This document shows positions 13,101 through 27,500 of a stretch of DNA of 64,000 nt, piece by piece; position 1 is the first letter of the stretch; each line of letters starts with the position of its first letter. The position numbers were made by a program, and so were the translations under genes. Below the pieces are notes generated by a model that did not search any database, was not told the origin of the DNA, and saw nothing but the letters and a program-made list of their open reading frames with translations. Source of the DNA: Ruditapes philippinarum. Taxonomy: Eukaryota. The stretch covers positions 248,001-312,000 of the forward strand of contig NW_026864914.1 of the NCBI RefSeq assembly GCF_026571515.1, read 5' to 3'.

Positions 13101-16100
13101 TGCGAATAATTTTGTTTGCACGATGAGTCAGACAACAAACTAAGTCGTCTGCTTCTAATAAATACACTCGAAGGTAAACGCGAAGGTAGAATATTTACAG
13201 AAAACGAAGACAGGCCTTTTCCATTTCCCCGTATGATAAAACAAGTAATCTAACTGGATATTTTAGCTTTCGATTTCTGATGAACTTCTCACAATTTATG
13301 AATGTAAACTTTATCTTTAATTTAACATGAAGCATAAATAATATTACTTTCTCCATTGGCAATGAAACAGAATTAGTTATCTTTTGATATTTTGCTCCCG
13401 TATGCATATTTAAGAGTTTCTTATACCTTGTTGGTATGTACACAAACAATATATTGTTCCTTTTTTTGTGGGAAACATTGCCAACCAACGTCACCTTGTT
13501 TATGACACAAAATTGCTTGATGAATTGATCCTATAACGCCGACATTTTCCTGGCATGGTGTACACGAGTGAGTTTGACTTATCAAGCCATGTTTTAGTAA
13601 ATGTCATTAAATGCATTGTGTATTAAAGTGAATAACATTCAGAAACTAAGCTGTTTGACCTTGACCCTTATGAACAACAAACGCTTCTTTTGGGTTTAAC
13701 TAGGCAACAGAACTGAGCAACAGACATAAGGTGCAAGTATTAATCTAAAATATCAAGGTAGTGCAGAAAAGTCAAAACACATAAATGGTTTTACATAATT
13801 CTTGTAAAAAAACAAACAAATTTGTTTATAATGTCTCGTGTTATATAAATCATTCCTAGTGTTTGAAGTTTATCAAACATCAAACGTGTAATTCATATCT
13901 TTATTTTCATTCCAGTATCCACCAAATATATAAGCTAAACCGTCGTCTGTTTTTTTTATCCAAAAGCCGTCCGCCATCTTGAATTTCAATTCTTTGTTGA
14001 TTGTACTAGATCGGAATGTTATCGTTACACAGTAAAACTGTTGCGGCCCTGTACCGCGCATATAATAATTGTGTTTATGTCTCCTATTTACGACCCGCGT
14101 GAGCTATATCAGATAAATCGCTTTTCAGCGGCTATAAATAGAACACTGCATGGTTTCATATCAAGGCTAAACATTGTATACGTGTTTCCACTTGAATAGG
14201 CCAACGGCACTAGCTAATTTGCCCTCTACCGATAAATTGTATTACTTGAACATATTGGGGGATCACAGACTTTCAATGCTATTTATTTAACATTAAACTA
14301 CATTGTTGTCGATTCTTCTTTTGTAACCGATAATGTTGTTTTCTTTACACCAAACGTTACTACACGGACGAAGAAAGAGAAAGGAAAAACGTGATATTAC
14401 CGAATTCTCCATCGGTTTAAATTTGACAAGTTGTAATTTATCTGTCAGACTTTGTATTTACACTGAGGGTTTAATGTTTAAACAATATCTGTTTTAGTTA
14501 CAACTATTTTGTGTTTAATACATGTTGAAATATAACATAGACTTAGGTACGATTAAATCGGAAGGCACTGGTATAAATATATTGACTTAACGTCTAGCAT
14601 AAACCATTTTTAATCGTGATAAGTAAACAGGAAATATACACGGTGTAATAATTTATTAAATGCGTAGAAAAATTACTTCAACACTTATGATCGGTGAAAA
14701 ATAGGATATCGTAGGAAGGGTTGAAACTTTGTACATTGCGTAAACATTAAAAATTTAATGAAAATGACAGGAAAGGAAATTCATCAAACATGCATTGGCT
14801 TGTTTGTTTTGATCGTAAATATATATCAACATTTAATAGGAGATATAATTACTATGACGTAAGGTCTGAGTGTATGACGGCAATAACATACTTATAGTAA
14901 TTAAAGGGAAAATGATAATTGACCGCTTTTCTTCAAATTATATTATGAAACGTAAAATGATTGTAATAAACACGTGTACACGTACTTTATGTATTTTATA
15001 CGCTAATGGATCGTTTAATATGTATGACTATTCACTTATGCTTTGCCTATCACTTATTAGTAAGTTTATTATGATAGATATGAATCATCATAATAATTCT
15101 CAGATACTTAAATGTTCAACAAAATTAATTTCAGAGGTTTCATCAAACGATAAACAAGTCTAGCAATCTTTCGCCTGTAATGCACTTATTTGATACCATT
15201 TAGTTTGTTCATCCATATGTGTGGTCAAGCAAGGTTTGCACTCTGACATCCTTTAGTCTGTACATTAACATAATTATGTGGTCAAACAAAGATAATTGAA
15301 ATTTGCATTATATTTGTTTTACTTTAAGATATTACAAAATTTAATATTGCAGAAGAAAAGAACTAAGCTAAATGTCATTCACGTGTGCATGTAGTGATAG
15401 GCAAAATATGGTAAAAAATAGCATTTTAAATACTAAATATTTTGTTGTCAAATATCGATGAAAAGTGGTTTCAAGTTGGAAAATGATTAACCAAATGATA
15501 TTTTATGTTAATGGAACAGTAACAAATAAGATACCATCACTTTGTTAATATATTTTTGATAACATGACGGACTTAGTTTCTGGTGGAATTTTTACATGAT
15601 GATTATTTTTTATATTTAGACATTATTATTATTAAACATGTCTATCAAACTTCGCCTTTTCCGGCGTTTTCTTGCTCTGTAATAACATGTGGTACTAGAA
15701 TGCAATGTACTTTGTTGTCATTTCATATACATACTAAGTCTAAAAGGTTGTAATAGCATTTTTCTAGACGTATATAGATATATATGAAATGACAAGGTAT
15801 GCAATAACCATTACATGTACCTCCTTAAATTTGTAAATACTTAAAAATAACATAGATTACTTTTTATAATATTTGGCCTCATAGGAAACGCTTAGAGAAT
15901 TGTAAATTGCAAAAGAATATAAGCATTCCATGCAGTTATATTTAATCTAATCATTTAAAGATGTAGTTTTATGCATACTGCTTCAGAATGATACATATTT
16001 TACAACCACATATCAAGTTATAATTCCTGAAAATCAAAATAGGTACTTTTTAACCAAAACATTACACATATTGACATTTGTCAAAGGTTGTGCGAAATTT

Positions 16101-16463
16101 TTGGAAGAAAGGAAATCTTATACAAAATTTTGTTTCGATATAAATGATCCCAAAGGATCACTTAGATAACTTTGTTTTTGTTTTATTATAATACATTTAT
16201 AGTAAATAATTTTATCTTTTAAAACTGAATTTTAACGGACATAATATCAAGCGCTGTAAATAACTTTTGATGTAGCAAAACTATTTATTTCTTGGACCGC
16301 AATTCATTTAAGTTAATACTAATTTAAATTGTAAACAGTATGAAATGCTTTATGTGTAGGTTGCTTCATCTTAAATCAGAGTGAGTGATCTATACAAATG
16401 TTTGGGATTTACCCGTTTATAATGCATCTTAAATATAATTCATATATAGTAAAGTAGTTTCAT

Positions 16464-17426
16464 GAAGAAGAAGAAGAAGAAGAAGAAGAACGTTTATTTC
16501 ACTTAAACTACAAGTTTCTCGTGATTAACATATATACAAGCATACATATATAATGACATGAAAAATACAATGACATGAAAGTAAACATAATAATTATATT
16601 GGATGGACAAAACAAAATAGAGATGACACAAATATTAAAGCATAATGGATATTACATACACAGTAGTATACACAATAAAACTTTTCATTAGTTGGATCTG
16701 TTAGGTATACATAAAAGTAGGTTGAAATACATATCTAAGCATTAATAATCTGATATCTTAATTTGAAAGCTTCATTAATATATTTACAAAGCATAATTGT
16801 TTCTTTATTTTTATCACTTTTTAATAATTGAGTAAACTTAAACATACTTGGTCTATTTCTATAATAATTCTTAATATATATATTTCTTAAATTTTCATAT
16901 GCAGGACACTTAAACACAAAATGGAACTCGTCCTCAATTTCATTTGTATTGCAAATTAAACAATATCTTAAATAACGCTCTACTCTTTCACGTGAATATC
17001 TACCTGTCTGTATTCTAAGATTATGAGCTGAAATACGCAGTTTTGTCAAAGCTATTCTTAGTTTTCTTGATACAATATTTTCTAAATAAGGTGACATTTC
17101 AAAACTGTCCTTTACTGATTTATATAAAAATAATACATCATTACAATTAATACTAGCTCTCCATTCTTGTAAATATTCATCTATTAATCTCTATTTAAAA
17201 ACGACAATAAAACAATTTTGATTAACGCTTAAGGGGTTTAACCATACATCAAAAAAACCGTATTTTTCTAAAAGACTTCGTACATTTGCAAACCAGTTTG
17301 TATACCCTATATTTATATCAGACATACATGAATTAACAATTGTAGTTATAATAATATTACTTGAACTTATTATCTTAAACCAAAATTTTACAATTCGGAC
17401 ATATCTGTTTATATACAACGGATATC
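16464..17426 (-). mobile_element. 5'-truncated non-LTR retrotransposon (RTE-X-like), ORF2 C-terminus + 3'UTR + (TTC)n tail
   Basis: ORFs 17191-17418 and 16735-17097 are in one frame, separated by a single TAG. They encode RYPLYINRYVRIVKFW...LTKLRISAHNLRIQTGRY...CLICN..IEDEFHFVFKCPAY (C-terminal CCHC-like region of LINE ORF2). AATAAA is followed by (TTC)9, with a candidate 7-bp TSD TTTCATG at 16458-16464 and 17427-17433. Confidence 0.9.
16735..17426 (-). pseudogene. Disrupted LINE ORF2 C-terminal fragment (in-frame stop at 17191-17193)
   Basis: Translation as above; no reverse transcriptase core is present because of the 5' truncation. Confidence 0.85.
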
Positions 17427-17939
17427 TTTCATGTAATGCATTTTTATCATGTATTTACAGATAATAAACTAAAACCAAACCAACTACCAAACAACAACAA
17501 CAAAAAAAATAACAAATTTTTATATTACAAAATGCATTCCAATGATTTTTTATCAATGTTTCACACCCCTCTCATTTTCTTGCATATGACAAGATGCTCT
17601 AATGTTTGCAAAGGTATGGAGATTTTTATCCTTCACCCCCTTTTGTGTAAAAAATGCCGCGGGTTATGATTGGTTTCATTCTGCCCTAGTAATGATGAAG
17701 ATGTAACTTATATATGTTTTAAATTCTAATTAGTATTTAATATGAAACAAGAAGCAAACACTAGATGCAGTGTTATCTCGAAGTTCTCCCGGATATTGCC
17801 GTCTGTACCGGAAGCCGGTGTAAGCTACTTCATAATGTAACACACTTGAAATATGACAGTCGCATAACTTAAACACATATTCATTTTCGTTTGATAACGA
17901 GACAAATAACTGAACACATCTCTTTTCGTTGTAGACACA

Positions 17940-18088
17940 ATCCTGACGATTGTTTCCTTGAGCAAGAAACTTACTTTACATTCATTGGTTGTACTAGTAC
18001 CGGTTGGTTCCAGGAACGGATTCGAGAGTGCTTCAATAAGTTTATAGCTTCCAACACAATTGAACTAAACTAAATTAGTATAAACTAA
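17940..18088 (+). mobile_element. CORE-type SINE, 3' part
   Basis: GTTTCCTTGAGCAAGAAACTTAC CORE-like motif plus TGGTTCCAGGAACGGATTCGAG and a GAACTAAA tail; homologous to 54151-54357. Confidence 0.7.
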
Positions 18089-18811
18089 TCCTATCAATTG
18101 ATGGTCTGGTAAAGAACATATCAGGTCATATAAGAGTAGATACGTGAGACAATTGCCATAAACTATGTGAAATATTTTATATTATTACCTCTCACTATAT
18201 TTTGTAATGTTAATTTAATGGGAGCGATTCTTACTGTTAATTCATGTGTACCAGGTGACTAATGTCTTTATACTTATAATAATTTTTACGGTAAATATCT
18301 GAAGAAAAACCGTAAAGAAACAGTGTCCCCATAAAGTATTTTTTTCGGAGTAATAAAATAAATAACACATCTAGGTTTGTGTGTAACCCATCGTTTAAAT
18401 ACTGTGATACCCTTGGCTAACAGTATTTTAGAAGGATGATATTTTTACTATCACATACAAACCTATATCTTAGTCATATAATATTTATTTGTGAGCTTGT
18501 TAATCGAATGCTTGTAAAAGAAATTTCTTTGTAAAGATCATATAAGTTGAAATTCTTTAGTCATTACCATTATAATTATGATTGTCATTTGTTGTGCCTT
18601 TTATGAATCCATGCTGATTATCAACGTAAACGGGTTACAAAGACGATTGCTTATATTTTCCCTGCACGTGTTTCGTGAAAGTTTATCTATAATAAAAACT
18701 AATTGCAGAGCCTGTACATTTATAGACGCATCTTGCAATGATAAAGTCTGGTGATTAGGAAGTATCCAGATACTAATACCTAAACAGACTTATAAACATT
18801 AACTATTAATC

Positions 18812-19022
18812 CGTTATGAATTAACAAGACTGTGTCGTTATGAATTATTAACAAGACTGTGTCGTATTAATTAACAAGAATGTGTTGTTATGAATTAACA
18901 AGACTGTGTTGTTATGAATTAACAAGACTGTGACGTTATGAATTAACAATACTGTGTCGTTATGGGCTAACAAGACTGTGTCTTTATGAATTAACAAGGC
19001 TGTGTCGTTATGAATTAACAAG
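18812..19022. repeat. Minisatellite, 24-bp unit (CGTTATGAATTAACAAGACTGTGT), ~9 copies
   Basis: Directly visible tandem array. Confidence 0.95.
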
Positions 19023-19646
19023 GGGATTTATATGCAACGTTTTCCCTCATTTAATATTTGGTTAAAATTACAAAATATAATTATTGAATGAAATGCTTTT
19101 TTATAGTCCTGATCGATTATTAGTTTTAACATGTTGTATATATTAAGGTTGAATGTACATGTACAGTATAACTACAGCAGAGCAACTGCTCGCACTATTT
19201 TAAAGTTATATAAATAAATATACATACTTATATTAATTCATTTCGAAATAATAGTTTACAATTTTATTGTATACAATCAAAAATAGAAACGCAGAATACT
19301 TAGACAAATAAATGTAAGTAGGATATACGTAAATTATTTACTCAGTTTTAATTTATATGTCCTTCGTCGACAAACGAATGCATACACTATCGTAGTACAT
19401 GTGTAATACGCATTTAATTAAAATGGTTGTTTTAATAGTATTGGTGACGAGCTTTAGTTAAGTTTAAAATAGCAGTTATATTAGTCTGTCAAATTATTTG
19501 TATATTGCATTTAAAAAACGGGATACCATAAATTAAAACGTATTTCCCTGTAAACCCTACTGCATTATTGTGAAGCGCTTACCACTACTTTTAGATATGT
19601 TGGGTATTTTTTCAGCTATGAAATATCTATTATACTAAATTAAATT

Positions 19647-19698
19647 TGTTGTTGTTGCTGTTGTTGTTGTTGTTGTAGTTGTTGTTAATGTTATTGTT
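19647..19698. repeat. (GTT)n microsatellite, imperfect
   Basis: Visible. Confidence 0.85.
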
Positions 19699-20449
19699 AA
19701 ATATAAGCTGTATTTCCACTTCTCAATAACAAATAGTAAATATTTGGTGAAAAATGATTTTAAAAAAATAGCAGAAACTGTACCTATTGTTGGTCTTAGG
19801 AAAACACATGTTTTATGTTTTAATGAAGTACAAGCAGATATTTTATGTTTTAAGTACCATAGATTTTCAACTAAACTAAATGGTAATTATCCAATTTCTC
19901 CCTTGAATAATTACTGTAAGCGGTTTGAAAGCAGGTATGCTCGTTTGCTCTCGTAAAATACTTTTTCCCCGAATGATAATAATAGTAAATTATTAAAAAC
20001 AATTCCTGGTTAGATATTTAAGGTAATCGTAAAATGACTATCAACGAAAATAATGCCCCGTTAATAATCAATATTTAACAGCATCATTCAGGCTTGTTGT
20101 TGAGCATGAATTGAACATTAGCATTCATAGCCATACAGGAAGGCCTTATCTAAATTATCAAGATAAGCATTCCTGATAGCTGGAGATAAAACCACTAAAT
20201 GTTATTACCCTCTTTTGATTAATGGCGATAAGATGTACCAGTAACTCGTGAAATTGTACGTTGAAGACATGTTTAAGGCATTTTAGTAAATATATTGAAT
20301 CAAAATTGACTTTTTACTTTGTTCGTTTTTTATCTAAAAATAAAAAGTATATTTATGGGTAATTAAACAATGATTAAAAAAAATCTGGCTTCATGAAATC
20401 TTGTTTGAAATATTAATAATAAGAAACATATAAATCAAATGATTTCCGA

Positions 20450-20550
20450 AATAATAATAACAATAATAATAATGATAATGATATTAATAATGACGACGAC
20501 GACGATAATGACGACCATGATGATGATGATGATGCTCATGATGCTCATGA
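20450..20550. repeat. Compound (AAT)n/(GAC)n/(GAT)n microsatellite
   Basis: Visible. Confidence 0.85.
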
Positions 20551-21042
20551 ATAAACAAATATAGAAAAATAAATAAATGACTATAAATTGCAACATTATA
20601 CACAATAATGTAAGTTCATTATGTTTCTATATTTGTATTTTTCTATTTTATATTGCAGTGGCTGTATTTTTGTCATTCGATAATGATAAGGATTAACAAA
20701 ATTGTAATGAATCTTTGAGTATCTAAGCTGTAAAAAAAGGCTTCCAATTTTGAAAAATAAGATATTGTAAATTTAATTTCTGCGTTAGCATTGTGATATG
20801 TTTAAAAGGGGAATTCTACTTTACTTCCCCATACAAAAACATAACGATAATGAATAGTACTTATTTCTCTTAATTTGAGATGACAATCAGGGAGGTGAGC
20901 TTAAAATGGAATTTTATAAATCGAAGAAAATATAGTAAGTTGATATCTTTATAATTTGACAAAATGCCAAGAGAAAGCGTTAGTCAGTTACATTTAGTTT
21001 AAATTGACTTAGTTTTATTTTGCCGTTGTTTCGAAAAAAGGT

Positions 21043-21200
21043 ATCAGGATCCATGCTGTTCGCTATCAGTTTCTCTATTTGTAAAAGAGTTGGTAAGCGA
21101 ACAGCATGGATCCTGATCAGACTGCGCGGATGCGCAGGCTGGTCTGGATCTATGTTTGTCGCAAACCCATTATGTTGGTTTTGTCGTGACCCGGTTCATA
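21043..21200. mobile_element. Truncated copy of the palindromic MITE family also at 42025-42250
   Basis: Shares ATCAGGATCCATGCTGTTCGCT...AGCGAACAGCATGGATCCTGAT hairpin core and ATGTTGGTTTTGTCGTGAC terminus. Confidence 0.85.
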
Positions 21201-24200
21201 TCATAAAATTATTAAAATGTTAGAGTCTATTTTATCAAAATAATATTATTCATAACAATGCCGGAGTTTACACGGATTGAAATAAGTGCTATCGTGTGTT
21301 TTATAATGATTGAAAATTATGTTGGACAACATCAATCAATTTTAAATTACAAAAATACACACTGGCAGTACTTATAACCCCATCCAAAATTATGACAGCA
21401 GGTAAATACTTTGTTCATTCGGTTTCTAAAAACATAATAATTAGTATTTAAATATTGTAGTATTTTCTTTTATATAAATATTTATTTTTAATTTACTTTT
21501 CGACATTTACACAATATCATGAAATAAACTAAGTCAACAAATCCCGGTATTTACTTATTGTTTTTTACACGTTTAAATATTGTAGCGTAGGTAAGACCGG
21601 AATAACTTTTTTCGGTGCTGCTGTCTTCGAGGTCCTTGTCTATGGTCCTGAAATTGCAATTACATTTTGGCGAAACATTTACTTTACAGCGCAGAAAAAG
21701 TATGATAAAAGGTTTTATAAATAATCAAAACATTTGTATACATAAATATTTAGAAAAGGATGGTCATCATCATTGTGTACACCGGTCTTACTGACCTGTG
21801 TGAATCCACGCTAAGCATGATGGGAATGCACTACCTTTTACATAGCGGCTTGAACACAAAAGTGATAGAACAAATCGAAAATGGGGCCAGTTGAAAAATT
21901 AAACTTTTTCCATACTCTGTTGGCATAATAGCCATTGCATCATTTTTACTCAACATGCACCAAACACTCTTCTGACAATCCTTTATTGGTTTTAAAAAAC
22001 CCAGTTTCGTTCAGCACCCGTGATAGTATTTCGCCGATTGTTAGTTTAAATTAAAACCGAAACTGAAAGTAGTTTTGAATATTTGAATTGGAACTATCAA
22101 TATTGCACTTGCAATATTAAACTCTGGAAAACAGTGATCCTTTGAAAGCAATAAACGATTTTAATCACTTGAAAAAGATATATTGTGGTTTGTGAAATAA
22201 AATTGTCATCCCTACGCGGACTTTTTTCTGTCGGAGTCATTTTTACCCTCATTTGGGGTGAGTTATGCGTCGTAAGACATAGGTCGATATTTGAGACCGG
22301 TGTGTATACAATGTGGTCATCATCCAATAAACTCGATAATGGCATATCGAAATTGCGCAAACGTGACAGACAAAGGGAGGTAATAACAATAATATCTATA
22401 ATAAATATCAATTATATTAAATTGCAACATATGCTTTTAATGGTAAAACCTAAATGTTAAAGATCCTAACATTTAAAACAGTAAAACTTTATTATCTTTA
22501 AAAAGTTTTTGGATTCAAAATATATTTATTTCAATGTAACATTTATATTTGTAATGAAAATATATGAATCTGTAAACGTGACAAAATATTATAAATAAAA
22601 ATAATCAATGTTTCTAAAACATTAAATATCAATTCGGTCGGTCACACACGTGTTTAAAACATTTCTTTTCCAACAAAAGTCAGTTATTGCTTTAAAAGTG
22701 GATTACACACAAATATCTCAACTAATGATTCAATAATTAACTCTATATGTCAAAGTCATAATAGTTGTTTATGACTTCTATACAAAAGAGCCTAAAATGA
22801 TTCATATAATCATTTGCGTTAGTAATTCTCTCATCAAATAATACCTTTCATTAAATATCTTATTATTTAGATTTTGAAAAAAAAACCCATATCAATATCA
22901 TATTATGTTGAGCATCAGACACGTGTTATGCACGTGTCCCTTTATCAGAGCAGCTTTGTAAATGCAATTTTAATTTGTATTTGATTGCTTGATATTGAGA
23001 TCAACACATCGGAACACGATTGACCTTTTAGAGATATGGCATTTATTTTGTAAATTATACTCGATGGCATGAAGTCGATAAGTCGTAAAGCACGTGTTCG
23101 GCACTTTGTAGCATATCTAGGCACGTTCAGTGATGATAAAACTATTAAATGATATTAATCAAAATAGTGTTCCATTGCTTGAAAAATTTACTCTTGTTGG
23201 CAGATTTGCATCACTAGTACAAGAATTGTAAAATACAAATACTTGTATTTATAACAGTTACAAATTAAATAAATATAAGATCATGGTTAAATATATAAAA
23301 ATAATTGAAAACAACCCCTTGAACTAAGTCTTTTAATCGTGTTTGTTACCATAGTAACGTAATATGAATACAAATAATATTTTCTCCAATACAAAAACAT
23401 TTTTTTTATCCTTTTACTTGAAGTAATGTTGGACTGTGAAATTCGCTTTAATGAAACATCAATTAATTATTCCGCACTAAATATTTTATTGCATTTTATT
23501 AGTTGCATGATTAAGATAAGTTGCTATGAAATCAGCTCTCTAACACAAAAGCTGATATGTATTGTAAAATTCTTGGTCATATCAACCTCACATATCTCCC
23601 TCAAGTTTGAATAACCTTTATATATCTGACACTTGACATAGTTGCTTTAAAGAAAAAATTTAAATGTTATTTTTAGTTCATTTGTATCACAATAACTTAA
23701 TATCTATGATGTCAATAATGTTTCTATGTTTCGGATATTACAATTTTGTTTCAAACTACATGCAATAATTGATTTTAAGATACAGAGAATTGATATTTTT
23801 ATTGATCATATAAATCTACCTCAAGTTTCCAAACGTTTGGTATCAGCTTTTGTATCCTTATATATCATGATTTGAGCAATGCTGGGTTCCGAACTATACC
23901 TATAATTTACAGGAAGAAGCTCGTGGTGATTCAGTTAGGATTCAAACTTTCATCAGTCGGGCTAAAATGCTTAAAAGAAAATATTACAACATTTTTTTCA
24001 GTTGAAAATTATCACTATAATATCATATTAATGTTGTCTTTAATTATATTTCTATGTTTCCGATATTACTATTTACTTTCGAAACACCTGCTGAAGTTCT
24101 TTTGAATATCAAGAGAAGCAATATTTTATAATATTTATTGTCTACCATAAACAAATTTTAATGTTTATTGTTATTCATAAAGGTAATTTAGAAGACAATA

Positions 24201-24689
24201 TTTTTGATCTACACGCAAACTATCACACGAAGTTCGTGTCATATAATAATAAACAATACCATTGAACCTTTAATCATTTTAGAAAGAAAAATTTAGATAA
24301 CTTGAAATGTTACCATAACAAACTGTTTCTAAACGAATATTAGAGTTCTGTTTAATGTTTTTAATCTGCTTATACTTGCATAGTAAGAATTAGGTCAATA
24401 TTACTGCATTGTTTGTTTAAAATTATGCATTAGGAGATGTAAATTAAGTATTGGCAAAACGTTACTATATATAATAATATTACATACTTTATAAAAATTA
24501 TCAGTTCAAGTTTACTTTTGGGATACATTAAAACAGATCAATAAATGCAAATAAAAAAACAACAAATGAATAAATGTCATAATTGTTTCAGTTAAATAAA
24601 TAATTCAAAAAAGGAAATAAAGTAATGTGTGATAATTGTGTGTATCAAATAAAGTATTTTGCTTTTGAGATCACTAAGAAAGCGAGCAT

Positions 24690-25020
24690 ATCACCCTGGT
24701 TAGGAGTTCTTTTTTGAGCAAACACTTATCTTGCACAGAAAAACATGACCTATTGTTTGGTAAACTATAACAGTTACTTCCCCCTTGTGACTGGTTGCCA
24801 TTAAGGTTGCAACCACCGTTTATCCCTGGGTGATCGTAAAGGGAACTAAATGGGTTTGATTTACTGAAGTCTATACGTCTTTTAGCTCTAGCAGGTGAGG
24901 ATGTTCTGACCCATGGTGTGGCTTAAATCTAAGTTTGTTACACCAGAGGAAATTTCATCTTACTGTTTCGGCGTCATATGACCTTAATTGTCTGGGTGCG
25001 CCGTAAAACCAAACAAAAAA
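24690..25020 (+). mobile_element. Degenerate SINE (possibly V-domain type)
   Basis: GGGTGATCGTAAAGGGAACTAAATGGG resembles a V-SINE core. The 3' end CATATGACCTTAATTGT...CGCCGTAAAACC resembles the tail of the other SINEs in the window. Confidence 0.45.
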
Positions 25021-26715
25021 TACCAATTACTTACTTATTTCACGGACATCGCATGTTTAAATATCACTGGAACATAAATTTACAATAATTGACAACAAGC
25101 TTATATTTAAACGTTTGTATACTATATTGTCTATAAAAATCATGAGATATATTACGTTATGAAAGGACATTACCATTTGAAGTTTTAAAGACAGTAAACC
25201 GACACCGAAGGGAAAGTTGAACTTTAACATAAAGGACAATAAACATCTGTCTATGAATATCGACTTCACACGAATAAACTGTTTAAATCATAATAAGACT
25301 GCCGTCTCCCAGTGTTGAATATCACTACACTCGATGGTTGCTTGGCAACGGCCTTATTACGAGGAGACGAACAAATATTGCTACATACAATAGACGCCGG
25401 ATTCGACTGTCAATCATGTCTTTCTCCAATTACTCAGAACAAAACTGTATACCTTTAGGCATTAAACTTTGATTCGCTTTGAATTTCAAATGCCAATTTA
25501 TCTTAATGAAAGCGGTTGCAAATGATCTATTATTTAAAAGGCTCACGATTCTCTAACTGTTCTATTATTCAAAACTTCAATATGAAAAGGAGTTATTGCA
25601 TTACAGTAAAAGCCTTAAAGTAATATAAATTATCCAGGGTTAAAATCAATAGATTTTAATCAAAGCTTTATATTCATGTGGACGATTCTATTTACTCCAG
25701 TTGGAGGTTTATTGGCAATAAAAGTATTGTGATGTCGAGGCAAAGTCTTTCTTAGTTCTGTGCATGCTTCGACTAAAAATTCTTTAAAAATATATAACTA
25801 TTATATAGTACATATTAAGTAAAAGAAGTCCCAATTGTTCAAGACTTTATAAATTATTCCGAAATAAGTTGGTTATGGTTTGAAAACAAACACATATCAT
25901 CGTACTTTGTCCTTACTTTTATTGTTCAATCAGTTGTACAAGTAATACAAAAATATACACACAGACCAACGTGAAGTAATGTTTTAACATATTTTATTTC
26001 TCAGTTTTCAATTTACAATACACTCAAAGCATTTCAAATATTCTTAGAAAATAGCATTAGAATGGAAAACAAAGTGTCTTATGAAATACTTCTGCTTAGT
26101 GCGAAGTTGTCATATAATAGGCATACTGAATAATCCGAAACGAGTAAAAACAAAAGAAAAATCAGTGGGTTTAAATTAGAAAAAAGAAAATACAGATATG
26201 TATTTAAATGCTTAAAGAAACATAGTATACGTTCCATTTTATGCATTTAGAATAAATATATAATGGGTCCGAGTAAATATGTATATAAACATACGCAATA
26301 CAATAGTATTTTTTTCTTTCACCAGAAAAATAATAGGCGTGTGTTGTTTGGTTTTCTTACAATTGTGTTTGAATGATGCTAAAGTTGAAAGGTTGCGTAC
26401 ATCATATGAGATTATTCCATTCCCTTATTGCAGTCGGAAAAAATAGGTTAAGATAAAGTATTGTTCAGGCATATATTCTTTCGTTTGAAATATTTTCTAG
26501 TGTACATCCGGAAGCAATACGAGCACATTCGTTTTTGATTTTGTTTAGTTCGTCTAATTCACAATTTGCAGCATTTGTTAAAAAGTTTTTGATGAAACTT
26601 TTCTAACAAATCTATCTAAAATAATGCACGTTGATATGGCGTTCTCACTGCAACAATACTATTCAGAAAGAACTGAAACATTTATTTGATTATTTTGATA
26701 ATAGTTTTTATTATA

Positions 26716-26870
26716 GGTTTTTCTGATACAGGAAAGGTCATGAGATGACTTTCCAGCTTTACTGGTGGAGGAAGACACTTAATGTCACTTTATGTAATAG
26801 TTTAGGCACGAGCAGAGACTTGAGATCTACCGGCCTTCTGTCAGCTAGCTTGGATGCTTGATAGCTTCTT
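26716..26870 (-). mobile_element. Partial copy of the major tRNA-derived SINE
   Basis: TTTCCAGCTTTACTGGTGGAGGAAGAC...AGCTAGCT homologous to full copies. Confidence 0.75.
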
Positions 26871-27297
26871 CTAAAGCAATTATATACAAATCCATTCAAT
26901 GGAAAAATACATTGTCAAAATTTTCAAAAATGAGTTAAATAAGGATACCTACATTTATTCAACGAATAAAAGACTTGCTATCTGCAAACTTATTTCATAA
27001 CTTTCAAGTTTAATATTTTGGTAATTTTCTTCCGTTGACGTGCTTGGTGACTTCTTTCAATCAGAAACTCTATTTCACATTATTAATAAACTAACACTGT
27101 ATGGGCTAAAATAGTTATTAAAATCTATAAAGTAGACGTGTATCTATTCACATAACGCCTTTATTTCATGACAAACTATTATTTTTACTGGCAAACATCT
27201 TATAACATCATTCAAACTGGGCAATACAGTAAAGGTATTCTTCAAATTCATACTTAAATAAAAATAACTCAATATGAAAGGGATTTTACAGTCACTT

Positions 27298-27500
27298 TTG
27301 TTTGTTTGTTTCATGTTACGCCTTTTCCCAACAGTATTTCAGTCATATAGGCGGTTAGTTTCCTAACCATCGTTCCCGGAGAGTTACACCAGTACTAGAC
27401 TACCTTCCTCCTTGCTAAACTACCAAAGCATCTCCCGGGGATCGAACCCACACCAGAGAGGTAAATGGATTAGAAATCATCGACTCTAACCCCTCAACTA
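27298..27500 (-). mobile_element. Degenerate tRNA-derived SINE of a second family
   Basis: (TTTG)n tail, CAACAGTATTTCAGTCATAT body, B-box remnant GGGATCGAACCC. Confidence 0.55.
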
